From assembly GCA_937895825.1 (NCBI GenBank), contig CALBKP010000025.1, forward strand, positions 1 to 51,456: a stretch of 51,456 nt of DNA, read 5' to 3'. Below are positions 1 through 9,304 of this stretch, piece by piece; the stretch's first letter is position 1; every line of letters begins with the position of its first letter. The notes under the pieces were generated by a model. It saw only the letters and a program-made list of their open reading frames with translations, made no database searches and had not been told where the DNA came from. This DNA comes from an uncultured Alistipes sp. (GTDB lineage: Bacteria; Bacteroidota; Bacteroidia; Bacteroidales; Rikenellaceae). The position numbers and the translations under genes were made by a program.

Positions 1-1
1 T

Positions 2-346
2 ATCGGAGGCGTATTGGAACCTGTGCAGGCATCGCCCGTCATCATTGAGGACAACTGTTTTATCGGCTCACGCTCGATTGTTGTCGAGGGTGCGCATGTA
101 TGCCGTGAGGCGGTGCTCGGCTCGAATACCGTGATTACCGGCTCAACGCATATCATCGACGTTACTGGCTCTGAGCCCGTGGAGTATAAGGGCTACGTAC
201 CCCCACGCTCGGTAGGCACATATAATAGGAAGTTCCCCGCAGGCGAATATGGCGTGCAGTGCGCGCTAATCATCGGCCGCCGCAAGGAGTCGACAGACAA
301 AAAGACATCGCTAAACGACGCTCTGCGCGACTTTGCTATTTCTTAG
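2..346 (+). CDS. dapD: Tetrahydrodipicolinate N-succinyltransferase, 5'-truncated by window edge
   Basis: Frame open from nt 2: IGGVLEPVQASPVIIEDNCFIGSRSIVVEG hexapeptide repeats; C-terminal TDKKTSLNDALR. Confidence 0.93.
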   Translation: MGGVLEPVQASPVIIEDNCFIGSRSIVVEGAHVCREAVLGSNTVITGSTHIIDVTGSEPVEYKGYVPPRSVGTYNRKFPAGEYGVQCALIIGRRKESTDKKTSLNDALRDFAIS

Positions 347-406
347 CTTAATATAGTTTAATAGAGTTGATATTAAGTATATAACTAACAGAATAAAACT
401 TAAATT

Positions 407-1273
407 ATGAAGCGTTTTATAGTGATGTTGGGCCTCGCGCTGACTGTTGTGGCGTGTGGTACCGATACGAAAAAGAGTGCCACGGATGAGCCTATCGCCA
501 TACCCAAGGTTGCGCGTGTGATTACAGGCATTACGGCCGACTATCTGTATGAGACGGGTACTGCTGTTAATAACCACATGACGTTCGAGTATGACGAATT
601 TGGGCGTCTTGTACGAGTGGAGGCCTCACAGCAAGATATGAGTAGCGTCACCGAAATTAGCTACCTCGAAGACGGTATTGTTGAGGTTCGAGGGTTACCC
701 TTCGACGCAAAGCGTTTGAGTGTTAATGCCGATGGTTATTGTACAGCTATCGCAGACGAGGCGATGAAGTTTACTGCCTATGATTATGATGAGGTCGGCC
801 ACCTTACGAGCTATAGCTATCAGTGGATTTACCAGGGTAAAGAGCAAGAACATGTCAGCGAGGAGAGCATAATAGTATGGAATGACAAGAACCTTGAGAA
901 GAGCATCTGGATGCTTACGTGGGGTAAGGATTCGTTTAATTCTAAGTATGTCTATGAGTACAACGCTGGCTCAAACTACGCTACTAACCTCGACCTTAAC
1001 TGGCTGGTAGAGGCAAAGATGTATGGCATTAGTTTTAACGCTAATAGCGGATGTCCCAATATGTTATGTGCCGCGGGCTTTATTGGAGAGCGTAGTGCCA
1101 ACCATATCATTAGCAGCTGTGATGAGGCGAAAGATTTCGTGAGCGCGAAGTATGATTGGAAATACGATTCGGAGGGCTATCCCACAAGTTGCAATGTGTC
1201 GTGCTACGATGATTCTAATGTTTCTAAAAAGCCATATTTCACTTGCACCTACAAGTTTGAGTACGCCGAATAA
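407..1273 (+). CDS. Lipoprotein, DUF4595-like beta-rich
   Basis: Lipobox VVAC; YDEFGRL/YDSEGYP turns; NLDLNW and GFIGERS motifs. Confidence 0.65.
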   Translation: MKRFIVMLGLALTVVACGTDTKKSATDEPIAIPKVARVITGITADYLYETGTAVNNHMTFEYDEFGRLVRVEASQQDMSSVTEISYLEDGIVEVRGLPFDAKRLSVNADGYCTAIADEAMKFTAYDYDEVGHLTSYSYQWIYQGKEQEHVSEESIIVWNDKNLEKSIWMLTWGKDSFNSKYVYEYNAGSNYATNLDLNWLVEAKMYGISFNANSGCPNMLCAAGFIGERSANHIISSCDEAKDFVSAKYDWKYDSEGYPTSCNVSCYDDSNVSKKPYFTCTYKFEYAE

Positions 1274-1374
1274 AGGTGGGCAGAGCCTATGTCGAGCAGG
1301 GGCTACGGTTGATATATAGGAAATTAACAAGCTTAAAAAAAGAGCAAAAATATTGGCGTTTGCGAGATTTTTAC

Positions 1375-1382
1375 TATCTTTG
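1375..1382 (+). promoter_or_regulatory. Bacteroidota sigma-A -7 element (TATCTTTG) for rplY-pth
   Basis: Exact TAnnTTTG match about 85 nt upstream of rplY. Confidence 0.7.
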
Positions 1383-1394
1383 CCGTCCAAAGCA

Positions 1395-1438
1395 GATGCC
1401 TATGGGGTTGCGACTGACTATCGCCGCTGAGTGGCATC
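1395..1438 (+). promoter_or_regulatory. Putative structured rplY leader RNA
   Basis: GATGCC/GGCATC outer stem, GCGA/TCGC inner stem, purine-rich internal loop. Confidence 0.5.
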
Positions 1439-1467
1439 GAAGTTAAACTATTAATATTTAAACATTT

Positions 1468-2028
1468 ATGAAGTCAATTCAGATTAACGGTACTACTCGC
1501 AAAGAGTTCGGTAAGAAGTACGCTAAGGCAGCACGTCGTGAGGGTCAGGTACCCTGCATCATTTATGGTGGCGGCGAGGAGGTAACATTCACCATCAACG
1601 CTAAGGAGCTCAACCAGCTCATCTACACTCCCAACTCATACATCGTTGAGCTCAACATCGACGGTAAGATTGAGAAGGCTGTAATGCGTGAGGTTCAGTA
1701 TCACCCCGTTCGTGAGCAGGTTCTCCACGTAGATTTCTACCGTGTTCAGGAGGGTAAGCCCGTTGCAGTCAACGTTCCCGTTCGCCTTACAGGTAACGCT
1801 GAGGGTGTTAAGATCGGTGGTAAGCTCCAGCTCTCAGCTCGTAAGCTTACAGTTAAGGGTCTTGTTGAGTACATTCCCGATGAGATCGTTGTTGACGTTA
1901 CTCCCTTGCAGGTTGGCCAGACTATCTTCGTAGGTGACCTCCAGCGCGAGAACCTCACATTCGTAACTCCTGCTACAACTGCTGTTTGCGCTGTTCGCGT
2001 AACACGTGCTTCACGTGCTGCTCAGTAG
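1468..2028 (+). CDS. rplY: 50S ribosomal protein L25 / Ctc
   Basis: RREGQVPCIIYG, QYHPV, HVDFY motifs; strongly biased codons; adjacent to pth. Confidence 0.97.
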   Translation: MKSIQINGTTRKEFGKKYAKAARREGQVPCIIYGGGEEVTFTINAKELNQLIYTPNSYIVELNIDGKIEKAVMREVQYHPVREQVLHVDFYRVQEGKPVAVNVPVRLTGNAEGVKIGGKLQLSARKLTVKGLVEYIPDEIVVDVTPLQVGQTIFVGDLQRENLTFVTPATTAVCAVRVTRASRAAQ

Positions 2029-2066
2029 TCGAGCAACTGTGGGAAACTAACTAAAACCACAACGAA

Positions 2067-2630
2067 ATGAAGTATCTTGTTGTCGGGTTGGGCAATATCG
2101 GAATGGAGTATGCTGCAACGCGCCACAACATAGGTTTCAGAGTGTTGGATGCCTTAGCCGAGGCATCCAATATCTCTTTTACGACGGTGCGCTACGGTGC
2201 TATGGCTACGCTCAAGCATCGCGGTCGTACGGTGCTTCTGTTGAAGCCCTCGACATATATGAACCTCTCAGGCAAAGCCGTGAGATACTGGATGGAGCAG
2301 GAGCGCATCCCGAGGGAGAATCTCCTCGTTATATCGGATGACATTGCCCTGCCGTTTGGTACATTCCGCATGCGTAAGAATGGTTCGGAGGGCGGACATA
2401 ACGGTCTGAGAAACATCACGGAATTGTTGGGTGATAACCAGTATGCACGCCTGCGCTTCGGCGTGGGTGGCGACTTCCCGCGAGGCCATCAGGTGGACTA
2501 CGTCCTCGGCGACTTCTCGGCCGACGAGTTGAAGGCCATGCCCGAGCGACTTAAGCTCTTTGGCGACGCGGTGCTATCGTTCGTATCTATTGGCCCTGAC
2601 CGTACGATGAATACGTATAATGGTAAATAA
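2067..2630 (+). CDS. pth: Peptidyl-tRNA hydrolase
   Basis: GLGN, TRHNIGF, KPSTYMNLSG, GGHNGL motifs. Confidence 0.97.
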   Translation: MKYLVVGLGNIGMEYAATRHNIGFRVLDALAEASNISFTTVRYGAMATLKHRGRTVLLLKPSTYMNLSGKAVRYWMEQERIPRENLLVISDDIALPFGTFRMRKNGSEGGHNGLRNITELLGDNQYARLRFGVGGDFPRGHQVDYVLGDFSADELKAMPERLKLFGDAVLSFVSIGPDRTMNTYNGK

Positions 2631-2654
2631 AAAGAGTGCTTCGGCGCTCTTTTT
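2631..2654 (+). terminator. Intrinsic terminator
   Basis: AAAGAGTGC-TTCG-GCGCTCTTT hairpin with T run right after the pth stop. Confidence 0.85.
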
Positions 2655-2755
2655 GTTTGATACTTTTATTATCTTTGCCATCATTAGATGGTTATGTCAC
2701 AACGAGGCATTAGAAGATTAACAGCCTCAAGTGGTGGTAATTTACGCTTTTTTCG

Positions 2756-2763
2756 TATATTTG
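2756..2763 (+). promoter_or_regulatory. -7 element (TATATTTG) for galE operon; a second candidate TATCTTTG at 2670-2677
   Basis: TAnnTTTG matches upstream of galE. Confidence 0.6.
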
Positions 2764-2786
2764 TAGGTTGAATAAATATAAATGCA

Positions 2787-3809
2787 ATGAACAAGATGGT
2801 GCTTGTGGCTGGCGGTGCTGGCTATATCGGGTCGCATACGACCGTAGAGCTTATCAATGCAGGATACGAGGTTATCGTTGTGGATAACTTCTCGAATAGC
2901 GATGCCTCGTCGTTGGAGGGCGTACGTAAGATTACAGGTGTAGAGCCTACGTTTGTGGAGGCGGACTGCTGCAATAAGGAGGCTATGCGCAAGGTGTTTG
3001 AGGCCTACGATTTCGACTCGGTGATTCACTTCGCTGCATTTAAGGCTGTGGGTGAGTCAGTGTCGGAGCCGCTAAAGTACTATCGCAACAACCTGCTATC
3101 GTTCCTTAATATCCTCGAACTTATGGCCGAGTACGGCCGTAAGAACGTGCTCTTCTCATCGTCGGCGACGGTCTATGGCGATGCTGAGGTGCTCCCTGTT
3201 ACAGAGCTCACGGAGCGTAAACCTGCAACGTCGCCCTATGGCAACACGAAGCAGATGTCCGAGGATATCCTGCGCGATATGATGGCCTCGCACCCCACGA
3301 TGCACGGTATAGCACTCCGCTACTTTAACCCCATTGGCGCGCACCCATCGGCACTAATCGGCGAGCTGCCGCGCGGCGTACCCAACAACCTTGTCCCCTA
3401 TATCACGCAGACGGCTGCCGGTATTCGTGAATGCCTGAGCATCTTTGGCGACGACTACCCCACGCCCGATGGCTCATGCCTAAGAGACTATATCGACATC
3501 GTTGACCTCGCTCGTGCCCACGTTGTGGCTATCGACCGCATGGTCGAGGGTCGCTCGAAGCAAGGCTACGAGGTATTCAACGTAGGAACAGGTCGCCCCG
3601 TGTCAGTATTCGAGCTGGTCAAGGGCTTCGAGGGTGCCAACGACCTCAAGCTCAACTACCGCGTAGCGGAGCGTCGTGCTGGCGATGTCACGGCAGTATG
3701 GGCCGATACCACGCTTGCTAATGAGGAGCTCGGCTGGCATGCTGAGCGCGAGTTGGAGGATACGCTAAAGGCTGCATGGGCTTGGGAGAAGGCTGTGCGT
3801 GGATTATAG
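2787..3809 (+). CDS. galE: UDP-glucose 4-epimerase
   Basis: GGAGYIGSH, HFAAFKAVGES, SSSATVYG, YGNTK, LRYFNP. Confidence 0.96.
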   Translation: MNKMVLVAGGAGYIGSHTTVELINAGYEVIVVDNFSNSDASSLEGVRKITGVEPTFVEADCCNKEAMRKVFEAYDFDSVIHFAAFKAVGESVSEPLKYYRNNLLSFLNILELMAEYGRKNVLFSSSATVYGDAEVLPVTELTERKPATSPYGNTKQMSEDILRDMMASHPTMHGIALRYFNPIGAHPSALIGELPRGVPNNLVPYITQTAAGIRECLSIFGDDYPTPDGSCLRDYIDIVDLARAHVVAIDRMVEGRSKQGYEVFNVGTGRPVSVFELVKGFEGANDLKLNYRVAERRAGDVTAVWADTTLANEELGWHAERELEDTLKAAWAWEKAVRGL

Positions 3810-3871
3810 CCATAGACAACAATAAAGAGATATAATTAGGCGTTGTAATATAATAAGATATACGTTTAACA

Positions 3872-4498
3872 ATGAAGAGATTAGTGGTACTGGTGCTACT
3901 GGCACTGATGATCATTCCCTCGGCCGAGGCTAAGCGTCGCGAAACACCCGAGGAGATCGAGCGTAAGACACGTCACTACTCCAGTTGGGAGTGGGGATTG
4001 TCTGGCCGCTTCAACCTTATATTCTACGAACTTGACTACATGCGTATCACTGGAGAGACGGGAGTGAAATCATACCAGAGCCAGACAAAGTTTGGTGGCG
4101 ATGTGATGCTCAACGGCGGTTACTTCTTCGATAACCACTGGAGGCTCGGTTTAGAGATTGGCGCGAAGATTCAGTACAACTATACCACTATGCCCATAGC
4201 AGTCACCGCCCACTACTTCTACGGCAAGCGCAAGAACTGTCTATTTAACTTCCTAAACCTCGGCACCAACGTCATCTTCAATGAGGGCTTGCGCTTTGGT
4301 GCTATTGGCGCGGGAGGTGTGGGCTACCGCTTACAATCGCCCGATAGTGACCTAAAGTACGATATTACCATCGGCTACAACGTAATAATGATGAACCCGA
4401 AGCCTGTACTAAAGGGCGATTTTCACTTTCAGTCGAAGGATGTCAACCGTAAGGCCCTAAACCAGTCGGTATTCATCGGCCTCGGCATCACCTTCTAA
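3872..4498 (+). CDS. Putative outer-membrane beta-barrel protein
   Basis: Signal peptide, amphipathic strands, C-terminal GLGITF barrel signal. Confidence 0.65.
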   Translation: MKRLVVLVLLALMIIPSAEAKRRETPEEIERKTRHYSSWEWGLSGRFNLIFYELDYMRITGETGVKSYQSQTKFGGDVMLNGGYFFDNHWRLGLEIGAKIQYNYTTMPIAVTAHYFYGKRKNCLFNFLNLGTNVIFNEGLRFGAIGAGGVGYRLQSPDSDLKYDITIGYNVIMMNPKPVLKGDFHFQSKDVNRKALNQSVFIGLGITF

Positions 4499-4527
4499 AC
4501 GTGAGTTTAAACTAAGAATATAGGACA

Positions 4528-5754
4528 ATGAACCCATTCGACAACACTGTAGGTGAGTGGATTAACGAGCTACTTATCAAGTGGGGACTATCGGCAGATG
4601 TTGCCGATAAGCTCGACGGCTTTATTGTGCTTATATACTTAGTATTGCTAATCCTCGTCATCAACCTACTCTTCCGCTGGGGCGTGGTACGCGGCATTGA
4701 GTGGATCATTGCCAAGACCAAGGTGTCGTGGGATAATATCCTCTTCGAGGACAAGGTGATGAAGCGACTATGCGCCATCGTCACACCTTTGGTAATAAAC
4801 ATGATGCTACCGATGGTCATATCGTCACTCGACATACACTCTAAAGGCATTGCATCGTTTATGCAGAAGGCCGTAGACATAGCCATCGTCATCACCTGCG
4901 TACGTTTCATTGGCACGCTCTTTAAAGCAACCTTCGAGCTTATCGAGCACCGCCCTCAGTGGCACGGTAAGCCTATACGTGGATTGTTACAGATTGTGCA
5001 GGTGCTCCTTGCTCTCATCGCCACAATACTCATCATCTGCATTATCTTCAACATGTCACCCGTAGGTCTACTTACGGGCCTTGGTGCTTCGGCGGCCGTC
5101 ATATCGTTCATCTTCAAAGATACGCTGCTTGGTCTTGTTGCTGGCATACAGCTCTCGGCAAACAATATGCTTAAGGTAGGCGACTGGATCGAGATGCCGA
5201 GCCGCGGCATTGATGGCGTTATTGTAGAGGTGTCACTCACAACCATCAAGATACGCAGCTGGGGTAATACGATGCAGACAATACCTCCATACCTGCTTGT
5301 AAGCGAGCCATTCGAGAATTGGCAGGCTATGCGTGACTCGGGCGGAAGACGTGTAAAACGTTCGCTCAACATCGACATCTCCACCGTACGCTTCGCCACG
5401 GAGGAGCTCATCGCCGAGCTACGCTCTAATAAGACGGTATCACCCATTTTTGACAAGATTGCAACCCAGAGCCTCGAGGGTGCTACACTCACAAACCTCG
5501 ACCTCTATATGCGTAGTGTTGACGAATATCTCAACACGCACCCCCGCATACACAAAGGCATGATCATCATGGTTCGACAACTTCAGCCCACCGAGTGGGG
5601 CATTCCCATCGAACTATACTTCTTCTCGTCGGATGTCAACTGGATACCCTACGAGCACTTGCAGACCGAGGTTATCTCGCACGTCGTAGCCCTCGCACCA
5701 CTCTTTGGCCTACGCCTATACCAGGCACCCTCGACGTTGGACCTCAAAGCCTAA
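4528..5754 (+). CDS. Small-conductance mechanosensitive channel (MscS family, YbdG-like)
   Basis: Multiple TM; FKDTLLGLVAGIQL, GDWIEMP, SGGRRVKRS, MVRQLQPT. Confidence 0.92.
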   Translation: MNPFDNTVGEWINELLIKWGLSADVADKLDGFIVLIYLVLLILVINLLFRWGVVRGIEWIIAKTKVSWDNILFEDKVMKRLCAIVTPLVINMMLPMVISSLDIHSKGIASFMQKAVDIAIVITCVRFIGTLFKATFELIEHRPQWHGKPIRGLLQIVQVLLALIATILIICIIFNMSPVGLLTGLGASAAVISFIFKDTLLGLVAGIQLSANNMLKVGDWIEMPSRGIDGVIVEVSLTTIKIRSWGNTMQTIPPYLLVSEPFENWQAMRDSGGRRVKRSLNIDISTVRFATEELIAELRSNKTVSPIFDKIATQSLEGATLTNLDLYMRSVDEYLNTHPRIHKGMIIMVRQLQPTEWGIPIELYFFSSDVNWIPYEHLQTEVISHVVALAPLFGLRLYQAPSTLDLKA

Positions 5755-5776
5755 CGGATACCTATATAACTAAAGT

Positions 5777-7018
5777 GTGAGCATTGAGTTTAACATAGCA
5801 CGACGACTGTCAAGCCGCAAGTCTGGAGCCAAGGTTGGCATTATGGAACGCGTGGCCACCATAGCCACGGCAGTAAGCGTTGCCGTCATCATCATCACAC
5901 TCTCGGTGGTTGTAGGCTTCAAGCACGACCTATACAACCTTCTCTCGGGGGCATGGGCAGACATCACAATCACAGCGCCACAGAGCCGTGGTGTTGTCTC
6001 GGGCGTACGCCTTGAGCGTTGCCCCGAGCTCGACGTAATACTCAACGACAGCGAGGTTGCCCGCTACTCGCCATATACGGCAAAAGAGGGCGTACTCAAG
6101 AGCGACGACAACATCCTTGGCGTGCTACTCAAGGGTGTGGATACACTCTTCGTGCCAGATTTTTTCGCCGAACGCATCGTGGAGGGTCACTTCCCACGCA
6201 TCGGCGATAATCCCCGTAACAAGGATATCCTCATATCGCAGAGCATGGCTGCGAAGATGGATGTTACGACAGATGACCGCTTAGAGATGGTCTTCGTCGA
6301 TGGCGATGGCTCAATACTACGCGATCGCTTCGTCGTAAGTGGCATATACCATACGGGGGTGGATGTAATTGACGATGGCGTTGTCCTTACCGATATGCGT
6401 AACGTCTCACGCCTATACGATGGCGACACGCAGAGCGTTACGGGCTACGAACTATGGCTTACAGACGAGGCAGATAGCTTCTACACCGTGCAGCGCCTAA
6501 ACCTTGAGCTTATCAAACTATACGAGGACAAGGGCATTGATGCTGAGGCATTTACCGAACGACAGATATTTCCCGACATATTTGGATGGCTTGCCACCCA
6601 CGACGTTACTGCACTGGCCATCATCGTCATTATGATTGTCGTGGCATTGCTTAACATGACAACATCGTTGCTTATCATCGTGCTTGAGCGTCAGCGAATG
6701 ATTGGCGAGCTGAGAGCTATGGGCATGCGACGCAGATTGGTTGTCCGCATCTTTCTCTTTAGGGCTCTCTTTATCACTGGCCGAGGATTAATCTGGGGAA
6801 CTATTTTGGGCGTTGTGCTGGTTGTTATTCAGCACACGTGGGCCGTTGTTCCACTGCCGTCGGAGGGTTATCTGTTGGAGGCTGTACCCGCAGCACTGTG
6901 TTGGGGCTGGTGGTTAGTGGCCATCATGGGCGTTATGGTAGTAACACTCTTAGTGATGCTACTGCCCGCTGCCTTCTCGGCACGTATATCGCCCGCCGAG
7001 ATTATGAGATACGAATAA
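5777..7018 (+). CDS. ABC permease, LolC/LolE (FtsX/MacB) family
   Basis: N-terminal TM, periplasmic domain, ERQRMIGELRAMG, C-terminal ISPAEIMRYE. Confidence 0.88.
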   Translation: MSIEFNIARRLSSRKSGAKVGIMERVATIATAVSVAVIIITLSVVVGFKHDLYNLLSGAWADITITAPQSRGVVSGVRLERCPELDVILNDSEVARYSPYTAKEGVLKSDDNILGVLLKGVDTLFVPDFFAERIVEGHFPRIGDNPRNKDILISQSMAAKMDVTTDDRLEMVFVDGDGSILRDRFVVSGIYHTGVDVIDDGVVLTDMRNVSRLYDGDTQSVTGYELWLTDEADSFYTVQRLNLELIKLYEDKGIDAEAFTERQIFPDIFGWLATHDVTALAIIVIMIVVALLNMTTSLLIIVLERQRMIGELRAMGMRRRLVVRIFLFRALFITGRGLIWGTILGVVLVVIQHTWAVVPLPSEGYLLEAVPAALCWGWWLVAIMGVMVVTLLVMLLPAAFSARISPAEIMRYE

Positions 7019-7032
7019 AACATCAGTGAGAT

Positions 7033-7752
7033 ATGAAACCATACAACGAGGAGCAAACAAAGAAGGAGCAGGTGGAGGAGATGTTCGATAACATCGCCCC
7101 TACATACGATAAACTCAACCATATTATGTCGCTCAACATCGACCGTATCTGGCGCAGACGCGTTATGCGCATCGTACGTCGCTCGAAGGCGCATAAGATT
7201 ATGGATGTTGCCACTGGTACGGGTGACCTTGCTATCGCTATGGCCAAGAGGGTTGATCGCACACATATACTCGGCATCGACCTGTCGGAGGAGATGCTCG
7301 CCGTAGCACGACAAAAGATACTCAAACAGGGACTCGAGGAGCGCATCATGATTGAGAAGGGCGATGCCGAGAACCTTACGATGGTGTCAGACTGTTCAAT
7401 AGATGCTGCCACGGTAGCCTTTGGCGTGCGCAACTTCGAGAATATGGAACGCGGCCTCAGCGAGATATACCGCACCCTTAAGCCCGAAGGAAAGCTCGTT
7501 GTACTGGAGTTCTCGATGCCACATAACCGCTTCATACGCTGGATATACTCGCAGTATGCACACCGTCTGCTTCCATGCATCGGAGCCGCCATATCGAAAG
7601 ATAAGCAGGCATACACCTACCTTCCCGAGTCGGTTGAGGAGTTTCCCTCGCCCGAACGTTTCTGTGAGATCTTACAAGGCGTTGGCTTTAGAAGTGTAAA
7701 GCGTCGCTCGCAGAGTTTTGGCATAGCATATATATACGAGGCAACAAAATAG
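7033..7752 (+). CDS. ubiE: Demethylmenaquinone methyltransferase (MenG/UbiE)
   Basis: MFDNIAPTYDKLN, DVATGTGD, FGVRNF, AYTYLPESV. Confidence 0.95.
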   Translation: MKPYNEEQTKKEQVEEMFDNIAPTYDKLNHIMSLNIDRIWRRRVMRIVRRSKAHKIMDVATGTGDLAIAMAKRVDRTHILGIDLSEEMLAVARQKILKQGLEERIMIEKGDAENLTMVSDCSIDAATVAFGVRNFENMERGLSEIYRTLKPEGKLVVLEFSMPHNRFIRWIYSQYAHRLLPCIGAAISKDKQAYTYLPESVEEFPSPERFCEILQGVGFRSVKRRSQSFGIAYIYEATK

Positions 7753-7759
7753 TCTACCT

Positions 7760-8281
7760 ATGAGTCTACGCGCACTACTCCTAACACTCGTTATCAGCAT
7801 CACGTGCTGCATATCCACGGCCTTCGCCTGCCATAGAGAGAGAGTGCCGAGGGGTGTGAGCTTTGAGGGTATAGCACGCGCCACGCACATCTCCAGCTCG
7901 GGCATGAACCTATACGTCAAGCTCGACAACACCATGGGGCGACGACTCGTCATCACACGTGGTGAGGTAGACATCATGTTGGGAGGTAGCATTAAGGTGA
8001 CAATATCGCTTCGCGACAAGGTTACCATAGCTAAGGGCTACAACGACGAGCTGCTACTACCCTTACGCTTTAAGAGCGTGAGTACGCCAACGATTGTCTC
8101 CGTACTACGACGCATAGCCTCGAACGAGCGACAGAACGTCACCATCTCGTATCGTGTTCGTGGTGGCACGCAGCTACTGCGCAAGACATTCAAAGAGGAG
8201 AATATTGCCATCTCGGAAATTTTCAATAACTTCGCAATATCGGAGCTGACGATCTCCGATTTAATAGAATTCTTAAGATAG
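7760..8281 (+). CDS. Exported hypothetical protein, possible LEA_2-like beta fold
   Basis: Signal peptide; beta-rich; operon-coupled. Confidence 0.55.
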   Translation: MSLRALLLTLVISITCCISTAFACHRERVPRGVSFEGIARATHISSSGMNLYVKLDNTMGRRLVITRGEVDIMLGGSIKVTISLRDKVTIAKGYNDELLLPLRFKSVSTPTIVSVLRRIASNERQNVTISYRVRGGTQLLRKTFKEENIAISEIFNNFAISELTISDLIEFLR

Positions 8282-8308
8282 TAATAACTACTTTAAACAT
8301 ATAGTGTT

Positions 8309-8836
8309 ATGTTGTTAACTCGTTTTAGAATAATCCTCACGCTCATAGCTGCGTTGGTCTGCGTAGAGACCTATGCACAGAACATCGAAGCCATGCGAAG
8401 CAACCTATCATCACGTGCGATAGATGGATCACATGTTCGCGTCACGGAGGACGGTTCATCTAAGGAGGCCATTGCTGCTGTTGAACAGCAAAGGCGTGTG
8501 AGTCAAGTCAGTGGCTTTAGGATCGTGATCTTCTCGGATAACGGACAGTATGCTGGCGATACGGCAAAGGAGGTGCTCATCGACTTCCGTAGCAGCTTCC
8601 CACATATAAATGCCTACCTCGTCTACGAGAGCCCATATTTCAAAGTGTCGGTTGGTGACTGCCTGACGATGGAGGAGGCGCAGATACTTATGGCCGAGCT
8701 TACAAGCAAATATCCCAAGGCTTTTCCTAAGCGTGAGGATATCAAACTATCCAATCTTCAGGATGTTAGAGTAAAGAGCCGTGCGCCAGTAGACTCAGTG
8801 GTTGTCGAAACGCCAATCGTAGTAGAGAACTACTGA
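8309..8836 (+). CDS. SPOR-domain protein
   Basis: Signal peptide; GFRIVIF...YESPYFKVSVGDC...EA pattern. Confidence 0.8.
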   Translation: MLLTRFRIILTLIAALVCVETYAQNIEAMRSNLSSRAIDGSHVRVTEDGSSKEAIAAVEQQRRVSQVSGFRIVIFSDNGQYAGDTAKEVLIDFRSSFPHINAYLVYESPYFKVSVGDCLTMEEAQILMAELTSKYPKAFPKREDIKLSNLQDVRVKSRAPVDSVVVETPIVVENY

Positions 8837-8902
8837 TTTATGCAGCATATCCTACTCTTTATGCAGAAAAATAGGACACCTTATGCATTTTTAGGGCAAT
8901 TT

Positions 8903-8934
8903 TTTGCTCGAATAAAATGAGTTTTATAAATTTG
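8903..8934 (+). promoter_or_regulatory. Full sigma-A promoter TTTG-N20-TAAATTTG
   Basis: -33 at 8903-8906, -7 at 8927-8934; supports a start at 8974 rather than 8917. Confidence 0.75.
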
Positions 8935-8973
8935 TGGTGTCAAAAACTTTATTTTTACTTAAACTTTATAGCT

Positions 8974-9237
8974 ATGAAGAAGATTTTTGCATTTGCAATT
9001 TTGTTTGCTGCTGTATCAATGGTTGCTTGCGGCGGCGAGCAGAAGAAGGCTGAGGAGGCTCAGGAGGAGGCTCCTGCAACTGAGTGCTGCGCAGAGTGCG
9101 CTGCTGAGGAGGCTGAGGCTTGCTGCGGTGAGTGCACTGAGGGCAAGGAGTGCTGCGAGGAGAAGGCTGCTTGCGAGGGCGAGTGCTGTGGCGAGTGCGC
9201 TGCTGAGGCACCTGCAGAGGAGGTTGTTGCTGAGTAA
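8974..9237 (+). CDS. Small acidic Cys-rich lipoprotein (87 aa)
   Basis: MKKIFAF...MVAC lipobox; 12 further Cys in CC and CxxC motifs; biased GCT/GAG codons; own promoter and terminator. Confidence 0.8.
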   Translation: MKKIFAFAILFAAVSMVACGGEQKKAEEAQEEAPATECCAECAAEEAEACCGECTEGKECCEEKAACEGECCGECAAEAPAEEVVAE

Positions 9238-9259
9238 TTATCTCCGTCAACAAACAAGA

Positions 9260-9289
9260 GAGGCTGACCGTTGGTCAGCCTCATTTTTT
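9260..9289 (+). terminator. Intrinsic terminator between convergent genes
   Basis: GAGGCTGACC-GTT-GGTCAGCCTC then ATTTTTT. Confidence 0.85.
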
Positions 9290-9304
9290 GTCTATGCCAA
9301 TGAG

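Noticed and set aside
1383..1445. 5S rRNA or tRNA gene
   Set aside because: Too short, only a loop-E-like hairpin, and no cloverleaf; treated as a leader
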